Origin: the human T2T-CHM13v2.0 reference genome, Homo sapiens
Assembly: GCF_009914755.1 (NCBI RefSeq)
Contig: NC_060937.1
DNA: 64,000 nucleotides
Direction: 5' to 3' (one strand)
Shown here: positions 47,160-61,041 of the stretch, piece by piece
Numbering within the stretch: the stretch's first letter is position 1
How the letters are laid out: every line of letters begins with the position of its first letter
Translations under genes and position numbers: made by a program
The notes under the pieces: generated by a model
The model's database searches: none
What the model was told of the DNA's origin: nothing
Seen by the model: only the letters and a program-made list of their open reading frames with translations

Positions 47160-49050
47160 GTTGTTTTTATAATTCTGAACTTAACTCCTATCTTTTCCCA
47201 CTGTGGGGCTTGTCTTTTCACACTCTTTATGATATCTTTGGCTGAACAGAATTTCATAACCAAGCTTATAAATCTTTTCCTTTACTGTTCATGTTTTTGG
47301 TATATTGGCTAAGAGGAACCTGTCCTCAAGCTCATGAAGGTAAGAATATTCCACATTTCCTTCTAAATGCTTCATGGTTTTGCTTTCACACGAAGGTCTA
47401 TAGCCAGTTTTGTGTATGGTAGGATGACGGAGTCTAATTTTATGTTTTTCTGTATAGATACCCATTCTCTCATTCCTTCATGCCATCCTGACTATAAATT
47501 AAGTGTGCATCTGCTTAAATTTGCTTCTGGGCCCCTTGTTCTATTCCAGTGATCTTTACACCAAAACTACACCATCTTACTAAAATTTTGTAATACATAT
47601 ATCTGGTAGAGCAAAAACTGACTAATTTTTTAAAGAGAATTGCCTGTCTTTTCTTTCTTTCTTTTTAAAAATGTTTTTGAGGGGTGGGGTCTCACTCTGT
47701 CACCCAGGTTGGAGTGCAGCGATGCGATCTCGGCTCACCACAGCCTTAACCTCTGGGGCTTAAGCGGTTCTCCTACCTCAGCCTCCCTAGTAGCTGGGAC
47801 TATAGGTGTGTACCACCACGCATGGCTAAGTTTTGCTTTTCTTGACCTTTGAATCTCTAAATAAAAGTAGAAGCAACTTAGCAAGTTACACATACACACA
47901 CACGTTGTATGACACTGAATCTATAAGAATAATTTGGGGATAATTGACATTACAATACTGAGCTTTCTAATACATGAACATGGTATATATCTCCATATTA
48001 AAGTCTTCTTAATATCTGTCAATAATGGTATATAATTTTAATAATATAATAAAAAATAATATAATAAAAAAGGCAATATATTAGCTTGCCTTTTCCTAGA
48101 AATTTCACGTCGTTTGATGCTATGACAACTAATACCTATTCTGCTTCATTTTCCATTTGTGGCTCTTTATGTAAATACAAGTTGATTTTTGTGTATTGAT
48201 TTCATATCCAGCAAACCTGGTAAACATTCATATTCATTCTAAAATGTATCTGTAAATTGTTTAGATTTCCTATGCACATAATCATACCATATTGAATAAG
48301 GACAACTTTGCTCCTTATTTTGCAATTATTATATCTTTTATTTCCTCCTCTTGACTAACTGTTCTTGGTAGGATCTGCAGAAAAATGTGGAATAGATGTA
48401 GTTGCCTTATTTCTTTGTAAATCTCAAGGCGAATGCTTCTGACACATCACCCTGTAGTGTGATATTTACTCCAGGTTTTTGTTGATCTCTTTATGGAAGT
48501 TCCTGCCTACTCCTGGTTTAGCAGGGGAATTTTATGAAAGACTTTTCCTGCAACTATTGAGATAATCTTTTTTCTGCTTTATGTGCTAATGTAGTAAAAG
48601 ATATATATCGATTTTCTAATGTTAAGCCAACCTTGCATCTGTAGTATAAAGTGAACTTGGTGTTGATGCAGTACTCTGTTCATGCATTATGGGGCTTGGT
48701 TTGTTAGTATTTTTGTACTGAAATCGGCAGAAAATCTTATTTTCTTATACAGTCCTTATCAGGTTTTGGTATCAAGGTTATCTAGCCTTATAAAGTTTAT
48801 CCAGAATGGTTTATATAAGACTGAAATTAGTCCTTTCATGAATGTTGATATAATTCTCCAGAGAACCCATCTGGGCCTAATGTTTGCCTTTTGGGAAGGC
48901 TTTTGATGATTCATCCAGTTTTTAAAAAATGGTTGTAGAACCATTCGTGTTTTTTTATTTTGTCTTTTAGAGTGAATTTTGATAAATTATATTTTCTAGG
49001 AAACTATCCCTCTTTTTCCAAATTTTCTATTTAGTTGATATATATAAGTT
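47160..49050 (-). mobile_element. Old L1M ORF2-region fragments with a nested AluJ/FRAM piece (approx. 47660-47840)
   Basis: T-rich antisense L1 motifs: catgaacatggtatatatctcca, gatttttgtgtattgat, ggttttggtatcaaggtta. Confidence 0.72.
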
Positions 49051-49484
49051 GTTTATAATATGGTCTTGTCTTTCAAGTGACTATGGAATCCTAGTGGGTA
49101 GTGTATGTGTGTATGTGCACACACACCTGCATGTGTGTGATGCTAGCAGCCTTTTCTCATTTTCTAGATTTATTTGTGCATTAGGAGTTTTTTGCAAAAA
49201 GTGGGTAAAATGTGTAATTCCATCATTCTTAATTTATTAGCTTGAATACATAGAGAAAACTATGGCCTCCTAAACTGTTTGGTTACCCTGAGGCATGTTG
49301 CATATAAGAAAAGCAGGTTAAATATTTGAGTCCTTTTCTTTGTTTGCAATTTTTCTGAGTAATGAATTAGCCTATAACAGCTCCAAAGGTTACCAATGAG
49401 GTTTTAAAATGCATCAGCATCATTATAAACTCATGGATTTTTTACACATTAGTTGTGCTTTAATAAATTGCAGGGTTTTTTCCT

Positions 49485-50105
49485 TCTTAAAAATTTCAAC
49501 TTTTATTTTAGATATAGGGTGCACATGTGCAGGTTTGTTACACGGGTATAGTGAGTGATATGGTTTGGCTGTGTCCCCACCCAAATCTCATCTTGTAGCT
49601 CCCACAATTCCCATGTGTCGTGAGAGCGACCTGGTGGGAGGTAATTGAATCATGGGGGAGGGTCTTTCCCATGCTGTTCTCATGATAATGAATAAGTCTC
49701 ATGAGATCTGATGGTTTTAAAAATGGGAGTTTCCCTGCACAAACTCTCTCTTTGCCCACTGCCATCCATGTAAGATGTGACCTGCTCCTCCTTTCCTTCT
49801 GCCGTGGTTATGAGGCCTCCCCAGGCAGGTGGAACTGTAAGTCCATTAAACCTCTTTCTTTTGTAAATTGCCCAGTCTCAGGCACGACTTTATCAGCAGC
49901 ATGAAAACAGACTAATTCAGTGAATGATGCTGAGGTTTGGGGTAGAGATGCCATCACCCAGGTAGCAAGTATAGTACCAAACAGGTAGTTTTTCAACCCA
50001 TGCTCCCCATTCTCCTCCCCTCCACTCCCCACTCTAGTCTGTGTATGCTCAATGTTTAGCTCCCACTTAGAAGTGAGAACATGCAGTATTTGATTTTCTG
50101 TTCTG
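49485..50105 (-). mobile_element. L1PA15/16-type 3' end split by THE1
   Basis: caacttttattttagat..acatgtgcaggtttgttaca; gatgctgaggtttggggta; agtgagaacatgcagtatttg. Confidence 0.85.
49556..49919 (+). mobile_element. THE1 (THE1C-like) solo LTR
   Basis: tgatatggtttggctgtgtccccacccaaatctcatc...ttatcagcagcatgaaaacagactaattca; near-TSD gtgag/gtgaa. Confidence 0.93.
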
Positions 50106-51697
50106 CAGTTATTATTCTTACTGACGCCAACATCATTCGCTCTTTGGGCATTAGCACCCCCGCCCCGGGTTGGCTTTGAGCTGACCTGACTTGCCCCGCT
50201 GCTCTGGGGAGCTTCTTTGCTTAACAGTATCCTCTTTCTGAGTTTTTCAGATGGTGGCCCAGTACTTTCTCACAATCTTGTTTTATCTCCTCTCTGCCTT
50301 TAAGATTTTTATAGATTCATTTTTGTTTGTTTGGCCTTGGTAGAAGTTAAGATACCTGATCATAGGTTTATTTAACAAGTATTTGCTGAGAACCTGCTTA
50401 GTGCTAGATGCTACAGGAAACAAGATGATGAATCAAGAATGACTGATGCCCTTAAAGAATTTGCAGTCAGCTAGGGGAGTCAGAAACAAGAGCACCGTGG
50501 CTGCTGGGCAGGATGGAGACGTGATGCATGTACGTTCAAGCAGAGTTTCAAGGAAATTGGCAGGGACGGGGCAGGCTTCAACAGGGAAGTGGCGCCGGGA
50601 AGCTTGAGCAGGATTTGGGCATTCTGACATGGGGAAGGCATTACCTTCTTCCCCTTTAGTTGTGTCTGGCACATGGACTCAGCAGAGGCTGTTGGGAATG
50701 TTCTGAGATCACATACCAGCAGCCTCCTAACCCAAGCCGACCCAAAAGAGACATGCCCCCAAGAAAGGATTCCGGACTGCACCTGGTGGCCTGTATTTCT
50801 AGTATTTCACAATATTCACAAGTCTTCTAGCCTCTACATAAAAATACCAAGTGCAGAAGAGGAAACATTTTCTGACCACAACCACTCCTCTGTGGAGCCT
50901 CTTAGATTAATCCTCACAAGAGGCCTAAGACAAATTTTCATCTAATATATACTTTTCTACAGCCAGCTCCTGGAATAAAAGAGAGAAAGTAGAAGTGAAG
51001 TTATTCTGGGAATTATTCGGGTGAAAACAAAACCAAAACAAAACAGAAAAAGTAGCATGGTTTATCTGAGGACACAAAATTAGAAGGCAATTTTTCCAAA
51101 AAGGTAAGAAGATCATTTCAGATCTTCACATGGGGGGAAAAAAGAATGTCAGCCCAGAGCACAGGACTGGGCAGGAACCCCAGTGCCCTGTGGGCCAGGC
51201 TGGCTGGGAGCCCCCACGCTGGGCCCAGGAAAGGCCAGGCTGGCTTTAGTGTGGCCCAGGTCCCAGAGCCTTCCCCTGGTTTGGTTAGGGAGCTATGGGG
51301 CCAAAAGGAGCCAGACTTTTAGGGAGGAAATTGAATTCTCAGTCAGTATGCTGGGTGGGGCGGTGATCTAACACACTTGGGCCTAGAGATCTAAAAAATG
51401 CAGAAACACCAAGGCTAAGGGAAAGTGAACAGAAGGAGCCCTACTGCAGCCAAATACAAACCACCTTCCCCAGAGGAGGCTAACCTCTTCACCAAGGAAA
51501 AAAAGCAAAGGCCACCAGCTGAACTTGAAGGGCACCTGGGACCCACTGCCCTTCCTCTCTGCTTCTTCCCTCCTTTGTCTCTCCCTTCCCTTTCCTCCCC
51601 TCCCCAAGTCTGCTACTTTCCCTGAACCCTGGACTGATGTCCTGGACAGATGTCCTGGACAGGAGGGACTTTCAAGCAGAGTGCCAGGCATCCTTGT

Positions 51698-52491
<794 letters not shown>

Positions 52492-52728
52492 TTGTGACAT
52501 GGGAATCAATCCTGTCCAGAGCCACCTTAAACATAAGGCAATATATTCAGTTCTCCATTTGCTGTGAAGAGCAGTGTGTCATTTTCGAACTTGGTTAAAT
52601 TTAGCCCTAGAAAACCTCCTGGGGTCCGCAGCCCAGAGCCTAATCTCAACCCAGCAGGTGAGCATGAGTTGTAGGGACGCTGGGGTCACTTGTTGAGTCA
52701 TTGCTTCATTCAAGAATCTGAGGCAAAT

Positions 52729-52820
52729 CAGCGCTGCCCAATAGAACTTTCTGCCGTGATAGAAACATTTTATATCTGATCTATCCCATAGGTTCCTGCT
52801 GTCCACATGTGGCTGTCTTA
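52729..52820. mobile_element. MER3 hAT relic (partial)
   Basis: cagcgctgcccaatagaactttctgccgtgatagaaacattttatatctg..ccacatgtggct. Confidence 0.8.
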
Positions 52821-53429
52821 ATGTTATTTAATATTAACATATGCAAGGAGACAGCACTTGAACAGAACAGAGGAGGCTCTCACCCTTGTGGAGCTGATTT
52901 TCCAGAGAAGAGTCAGAAAAATTCCACGTGAACAAACATCAAAGAGTTTCATAAGCACCAAGAAGAAAATAAACAGGCTATCTTGCTGGAGAATTTCAGT
53001 GAGCCCCCTGGAGTGGGGGGCTCCTGGAGGCCCTTCCAGAGAGAGAACATTCCAGCAGAGACCTAAAGATAAGAGGGGCCAGCTACTTGAGAATGTTCCA
53101 GGCCGACAGAATCCCCAGAACACAGCCAGAGTGGCTGGAGAAGGGAATTGGCAGGGGGATCTGCAGGGTCTCGCCGGCCAGGGGAAGTCTGGGTTGCACT
53201 TTAAGACCAAGGGCTGCCCCTCCCTCCGCAGGGAGGTTTTAAGCAAAGGGTGGGACCTGACACACATGGTTATAGGTCACTCAGGTTGCCCTTGCAAAAG
53301 AGATGAGAAGGGGCGAGGGGAAGAAGGTTCTTGTTTGGGTCTGGGTCCCCTCAGCCCACCCAGGCTTTCTAGCAGGAAGTTTGTTGGAGATGTTGGCATG
53401 GAGCAGGGTGAAGAGCCAGACTGTGACCA

Positions 53430-55467
53430 GTGCTGAGCCCACGGAGCCTTCCGAGGAGCCTCGCCAGGCGTCCCAGACTCGTCCTCGGAGAACAAAAAGG
53501 GGAGCCTGTGCCACGTACCCCGGCCCTCCTTTGGTCATGGGCGGCCCTGCGGGCCTGGGCGTGGGCTTGTGCTGAGTGGGGGGTAGGGTGTTGGGGGGCC
53601 ACCTTCCGCTGTGGTCAGGACAGGAAGCGGCTGGAAGAGCCTCAGGCAGAGGCGCTGGCGGGCCGCGCTGCCCCAAGCAGGCTGCCAAGAGGGCCCCGTG
53701 CCCCTTGCCACAGTCCAGACTGGCGCTCCAGGCACGGCCCACGCGAGAAGGGACTCCCGAGGCCCAGTTGTGGTCCTGGTGGGAGCAGGGAAAGGAGGTC
53801 AGCCAGAGCTGGGTCCCAGATGGAGCAGAGTCCAGGCCTGCATGATCCTGTGGAACTAGTCAGGGAAACTGAGATAGAGCCTCAGGCCAGGCAGCCCTGG
53901 AAAGGGTTACGGGGAAGCCAAAGCTGAGTGGAGCCAGCAGGGCGCAGGAGTCACCAGGCTTGCAGTCACGAGGCTCCTCCCTGCTAAGGCTGGCTCAGGA
54001 AAGCCGGGAAGGGAAGCAAGGGGTTGGAGGAAGAAGGGAGGCAGGGGGTGCAAGGAGGAAGGGAGGCGAGGGGGATGGGGAGGAAGGGAGGCGAGGGGGA
54101 TGGGGAGGAAGGGAGGCGAGGGGGATGGGGAGGAAGGGAGGCGAGGGGGATGGGGAGGAAGGGAGGCGAGGGGGATGGGGAGGAAGGGAGGCGAGGGGGA
54201 TGGGGAGGAAGGGAGGCGAGGGGGATGGGGAGGAAGGGAGGCGAGGGGGATGGGGAGGAAGGGAGGCGAGGGGGATGGGGAGGAAGGGAGGCGAGGGGTA
54301 GGGGGAAAGGGAGGCGAGGGGTGGGGGATCAAGGGAGGCGGGGGGTTGGGGGGGAAGGAAGGACAGGGGTTGGGGGAAACGGGAGGCAAGGTGGAGGGGA
54401 GAGAGTAGAGGGGTGGGGGGAATGGAGGCGAGGGGTCTGGGTGGGGAAGGAAGGCGAGGGGTTGGGGGGGAAGGGAGGCAAGGAAGAGGGGGAGAGGCGA
54501 GGGTTGGAGGGCAAGGAAGGCGAGGGGTCGGGGTTGGGGAAAGGAGGCGATGGGTAGGGGGAAGGAAGGCGAGGGGTTGGGGGGAAAGGGAGGCAAGGAG
54601 GAGGGGAGAGCGGCGAGGGGTGGAGGGGAAGGGAGGCGAGGGGTCGGGGTGGGGAAAGGAGGCGAGGGGTGGGCAGGGAAGGGAGGTGAGGTGGAGCGGA
54701 AGGCAGGAAGAGGACTCTCGCAGTCAGCCGGAGGGGTTGGGCGCACTGCACCGGGAGGCACCACCTTGCGGAACAGGTCGGGTCGGTGCTGGGGCCAGGC
54801 CTGGAATGTTCCTGCGTCCTCCTGGTCCTCCTTCTCTGGACTCCAGAGACTTGCCCTCTCTCGCAACGCTGCCCCGCATCACCCCTGCCTGGCTGGCTTC
54901 ACCTCTCAGGAGGCACCGACGATGCGCACGCCCCCTTGTGCAGCCCAAAGGCCTCTCAAGTCCCGCTGGGCCATCTCCTCGCCAGCCCGAGGCCTCCTTG
55001 GCTGAACGAGGGTCTCGTTCAGCCGCGTCCCCCTCTGTCCTGCCTCCTGCGCCCCCTCTCACCGCAGGGAGCTCAGCCCCGCAGGGTCCCGGGACAAGGT
55101 GCTGACCGGTGCATGGGCTGCTCCCCCGCGCCTGGAGGCTGCCCAGTCCTAGAGCTGCCCCGGGGCCTCAAGCTCTCCGCGTCCACCCGGACCGAGCCGA
55201 CCCCACGGAAAGCTGGCCTCGGAGGGTCGCAGGCATTCGCCGAGCGGCCCGCGCAAAGGCAGGGGCAGTCCAAGCACCGGCGGGACACGCGGCGCCCGCC
55301 ACAGCCAGCAGTGCCCCGCACCGCGCAGCCCCAGCGACCCGCAGAGGGGCCAGGGCCCACCAGCCCCACCCCGGACCCCAGAGCGCCCAGGCCCGCGCAG
55401 CGCCACCACCCCTGACCACAGGGCGCCCACTCCGCCGCCCCGGACGCCAGCCCGCAGCGCCCGCCCG
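53430..55467. promoter_or_regulatory. CpG-island-like region (left and central parts)
   Basis: High GC and dense CpG, especially 53440-53765 and 54720-55467; function inferred only. Confidence 0.75.
54054..54710. repeat. 25-bp G-rich VNTR (gggaggcgagggggatggggaggaa): 9 perfect copies 54061-54285 plus a degenerate tail
   Basis: Perfect period 25 from 54054 to 54298, then diverged ggaggcgagggg units. Confidence 0.97.
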
Positions 55468-57508
55468 CACACCACACACCACACACACATATCACACACA
55501 GACCACACACACACACCCAATACACACCACACACCTCACACACACACCCATCACATACACACACACCAATACACACCTCACATACACACCACACACACAC
55601 CCAACACACACCACACACCTCACACACACCCGTCAAACACCACACACCTCTCACACACACCCAACACACATCACACATACCTCACACACACACCCAACAC
55701 ACACATCACACACATACACCCCACACACCTCACACACTGCACACATCACATGCACTACACACCCCTAAAAAACACACATATTACACATTCAGACACGTCC
55801 CACACACACGTCACATACACCCAACACACACCTCACACACACCCATCACACACCTCACACATCTCAAACACATTACACACAATGGCACACCTCACACACT
55901 CATCACACACCTCACACACACTCCCATCACACACCTCAAACATCATCAACGCTATCACACACAACACAAACCTCACACACCCAACACACACAAACATCAC
56001 ACACCCAACACACACCACACACCCCAAACACACATATCACACACGTCACACACATCACACACACAAAACACACCACACACACCCAGAAAACCCACATATT
56101 ACACACACCACACACATCTCACACACCGCACACCAAACACACACCCACACAACACACGTATCACACACACCTCACCACACACCACGCACACAACACACAC
56201 CACACACAACACATATCATACACCAGCCACACCACACACACACAGAAAACACACATCACACACACCTCACATGCATCACACACACCTCACATGCATCACA
56301 CACCACACACGTCACACACACCCAACGCACACCACACACAGCCAACACACACCACACACATCACACATACCTCACACACGCACAGACACCACACCCCAAA
56401 GTACATATGACACACAAGTCACACACCTCACAGCCACACACAGAACACACACCACCACACCCAAAAACATATTACACACCACGCACATATTACCAAACAT
56501 CTCACACAAGACACACATCACTCACAAAAAAATTCATATCACACACAACACACACGCCACATACCTCATACACACCACATACCTTGCACATATCACACCA
56601 CACATGACACACATATCGCACGCCTCACACGCACACTACACACACACCCAATATGCACCACACACTTCACACACACACCCTTCACATACCCCTACACACC
56701 TCACACACATATCACACACACAACACACCTCACCACACACAAAACACACACCCAGAAAACACACCTCACACACCACACACACAAAACATCACACACATCA
56801 CACCACACACACAACACATCACACACATCTCACACATACATCACACGCATATCACACTCTACACACACCACACACACACTTCTCACACAAGCAAAAACAT
56901 GGAAGCCACACACACAAAACATCACACACCACACACAACACATACCTCACACACACATCACATGTATATCACACACACCTCACGCACAAAACACAAACCA
57001 CACCACCACACAAACCCAGAAAATACACCTCACACACCACACAAACACAAATCACACACACCACACACAAAACACACATATCACACACCTCACACACACC
57101 ACATGTGTGTCACACACTCTACACACACCTCACACACACATTTCATACACAAGCAAACACACACAAAAAGGCACACACAAAAAACATATCGCACACCACA
57201 CACAAAACACATACCTCGCACACACCAAACACACACAGTGAACACACAATACACACACAAAAAAGACATCACACATATACATACACACAAATATCACACA
57301 CACCTACACAAAAACGTATCACACACCACATACAAAACATACACACATCATACACCACTCACACACACCACACACAAAACAGACACATTGCACATACACA
57401 AACACATCACTCACTAAACACATACACCACACACCACACAAAAACACACATCACACACAACCAAAACACACACCACACGAAACACACATATCACACACCA
57501 CACTCACA
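55468..57508. repeat. 2-kb degenerate CA-rich low-complexity repeat
   Basis: cacacacctcacacac/caccacacac variants; G nearly absent on the + strand. Confidence 0.97.
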
Positions 57509-57509
57509 T

Positions 57510-58200
57510 TGAATCGCTTCAATGCTCCCCTCGGAGGATGCGGCAGGGACAAGATCGCGTTGGGCTGAGCAGGGTTCCCCTTCCCGTTCTTTGAGGGGTT
57601 CTGTGGACTGAGCCGCAACAAATTCATATGTTGAAGCCCTAACGCCCCGAGTGACTGCATTTGGAGGTCGGGATTTTAGGAAGTAACGAGGTCTTAGGGT
57701 GGGGTCCTCATTCGAAAGGATTGGTGGCCTGAGCGCGCGCGGACACACACACCGACAGGCCCTGTGAGGACGCGGCGAGGAAGAGGCCGCCTGCAAGCCG
57801 AGAGCAGCCCGGCCGGCCCCTGACGCTGGCTCGCAGCCCCATGGCGTGAGAAGCAGTTCTCTGCGGGCTGAGCCTCCCGGGCGTGGCACTGCACGGTGGG
57901 GCAGCAGCCCCAGCAGGCGAAAGACCCCGTCAGAATTCCTCTTCCTGTTCCATTCCCTTTGTCCGGAGTTGGGCCCTCTATGGCAGCGACGCTGTGCAGA
58001 GACCTCGTGGCACCCTTCCTGGGAAGAGCACTCTCCAGCATCGTTTACTTAGCTGAGAGGGACTCAAAGGCCATAGGGAGGTGTCTGCGGTGCGTGAGCA
58101 CCTGCGCCTCCGCGGGCATTCCCGCCTCATGCCGTTCTCACTGTGGTTCATCCACTGTCCACGGCGGCTGTTCACACGGCCAGACACTGAAGTAACGACG
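57510..58200. promoter_or_regulatory. CpG-island-like region (right part)
   Basis: Dense CpG resumes immediately after the CA block. Confidence 0.7.
57599..57926 (+). mobile_element. MLT1B/MLT1A-like solo LTR, unusually CpG-rich
   Basis: aaattcatatgttgaagccctaac, gtgactgcatttggag, agggtggggtcct, aggccctgtgaggac, ctgcaagcc and gcagccccagca are colinear with the MLT1B consensus as recalled. Confidence 0.8.
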
Positions 58201-59079
58201 CTCTCCATCATCTCATTCAAACCCCGCCAGGAGGTGCTAGGATCAGAGGAAATGAGGCCCAGAGCTAGGCTATGTGCCCAGGACCACCTGCTAGCATGTG
58301 CTGCCCCAGAACCCAAGCGAAGGCAGTCTGGCCCAGAGCCTCAGCTGGTCATCTCTGCCTCCTGGTTGCTTCTCAAAGAGCCAGCCGACTCACGGGGGAG
58401 TTGTGTGATACTCATTTTCAATCCATGCCATTGTGTATATACTACCGTGCCGTGTGTAGATACACACTCTGGTGTCATCGTGTGCACACCATCATGCCAT
58501 GTGTGCATGCTGCGTGTCCTCTTGGCCACACCGCATTTCCCACTCTCCTGAAGGGGACAGATCTCGTCTGCTTGGTAGAATGACGGGCGCTCCTCCCCCT
58601 GCTCTCTCAGAGGTGTCCTTGCATCAGAGTTTGTGACAAGGCCTGAGCCGTGCACTTGGAGCTGAGGTTGCAGGATGTGCCTTAGCCGAGGGTCAGACTC
58701 TCCAACCACTGCTAGCCCCTACGTGTCCCTGGGGCAGCCCTTGGCAATCCACCTTTCACAGGCCGGAAGCCCTTTTTTGTCATAAGCTCAAGACAGCAGT
58801 TTAACCTTCACCCACTCCAAATGCTGAATCATTGGTGGCACGCAGGTCTGGTCTGACTTGCAACTTGGATGACGAAGGTGTCATGAGGCATTTCACTCTC
58901 CTTCCCTCACGTCCCACATCAGAACCATCAATAAGTTCTGTTGCGTCCACCTTCACTCCTGGACCCTCTGTGCTCCCTTCTGTCCACACCAGCCACAGCC
59001 TGGATCTCTCCGACCCCCTCCCTGTGCCCAGACTGCCTCCCTCGGTCCTTTCCGCGATCAGGACCCACCTGCCGTCTAC

Positions 59080-59375
59080 CTTTGCACATCCTTGAGCTAA
59101 GAATAGGCTTACATTTAAAGGATTGGGGGAAAAATAAAAAGAACAACACGTGGTGATATGTGGAAATTGTATGAACTTCAGGTTTCATTGTCCACACACA
59201 AGTTTTATTGGAACAGACACTGCCACGCTGATTCACACACGTTACCCATGGCTGCTTTTGGACTACAAGGCAGTGTTGAGTTGTTGCAACACACACTCCA
59301 TGACACAGGATGGCCCACAAGCCTAACGTGCTCCACTATCTGGACCTTTATGGGAAAAATTTGCTGACCTCTGAC
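59080..59375. mobile_element. MER58B-like hAT relic within L2 sequence
   Basis: gagctaagaat, aagttttattggaaca, atggctgctttt, tggcccacaagcctaa..actatctggaccttta..tttgctgacc. Confidence 0.82.
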
Positions 59376-59831
59376 TCCACACAGCAGCCAGTCATCTTTT
59401 CAAAATGCAAGTCAATTAAATCATGCCACTCCAGGGGCTTCCTTCTGCATTTAAATTCTGACCTAACCTTACAAAGTCCCAGAAGATCTAGCCCAGGTCC
59501 CTCTCCAGCCTTCTCTCTGTCCATCCCCCCCCAATGCCCATGCTGCCTTCTGGCTTTTCCTGCACCGGGTGAGGCTCCTACTTCGGGTCCTGGGCTCGAA
59601 ACACACTGTCTTCCAGGATCACTCCTTTCCAGAACCACACAGGGCTAGATCCTCCTTGTCATTCACATCTCAGAGGTTTTCCCAGCCACCCACCATGGAG
59701 TAGACATTCAGCTGCATACTGTCTCATCATCAGCTGCATTCTCTGATGGACACTTACCTCTGATCAGTATTGTTTCACACAGTATCCCCTGGACTTTGGA
59801 CAGTAGATCAGTAACTGTTGAAGAGTAGGCA

Positions 59832-60198
59832 GTGGTGATGGTGACAGTGGTGATGGTGGTGGTGATGGTAATGGTGGTGGTAGTGGTGGTGTTGATGGTG
59901 GTAGTAGTACTACCATCATGGTAGTAGTGATGATGGTATTGGTGGTGGTAGTGGTGATGTTGGTGGTGATAGTGACGGTAAAGTTGGTGTTGGTGGTTGT
60001 AGTGATGATGGTATTGGTGGTAGTAGGGGTGTTGATGGTGGTGATGGTGATGATAATGGTGGTGTTGGTGGTGGTAGTGATGGTGGTTGTGGTGGTGGTG
60101 GTAGTGATGACAGTATTGGTGGTGGTGGGAATGGTGATGGTGGTGGTGATAGTGATGGTAATGGTGGTGGTGGTGGTAGATGGCAATGAGATGGTGAT
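59832..60198. repeat. Degenerate (TGG/TGA/TAG)n trinucleotide repeat
   Basis: gtggtgatggtggtagtg... over about 370 bp. Confidence 0.95.
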
Positions 60199-60742
60199 TG
60201 CAATTTTGAGTTAGTGGACATGCAGAAAGATCTTGGGAGGGACTGCACAACTCTGTACAGAGACAGCATCTGCTTTGCGTCAAGATGCTTGGGCTCTCAA
60301 TGGTGTACAACCTGCCTGGCTCTACTGGGCCACTGGACAACTTACAACTTACAAATGCTGGGGCCTGTCAAACACATGAAACCAGTCGACAGAGGGCCCA
60401 GAGGTCATCTCCATGCACATGGCCACACGGACGTCCCCACAGCAGATAGAGAGAGCTCAATGTAAAAGCATCAAGGTGTTTGATATAAAAATAACATATG
60501 CTTATGGTGATAGTGACAGAATAAAGAAAACCATAAAGAAGAAAATCAGAATTGCCCCAAAATAAGCAGGTTTCACATTTCCGTGTGCTTTCTTCCAGGT
60601 GTTTTCCACATAAATATTCATATGTAAGCTAATGGCTGACTCTCCTTATGTGACAGGCCAATGCCCTCTTTCTTCTAAACTGACCTATTTTCAAGGTGCC
60701 GAGAGATTAGTACACAATCTCCTCCTTCAGTAAGAAGCTCCA

Positions 60743-61041
<299 letters not shown>

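Noticed and set aside
49810-49835. THE1-associated PRDM9 hotspot motif
   Set aside because: Reads cctccccaggcag rather than cctccctagccac.
53907-55105. 319 aa Pro-rich and several Gly/Arg-rich ORFs
   Set aside because: Products of the 25-bp VNTR and GC-rich island; open in many frames with no domain.
55750-57512. 285-413 aa His/Thr-rich ORFs
   Set aside because: Translation of the CA-rich repeat, which lacks stop codons by composition.
59708-60340. Poly-His, poly-Thr and poly-Val ORFs
   Set aside because: Triplet repeat artefacts.
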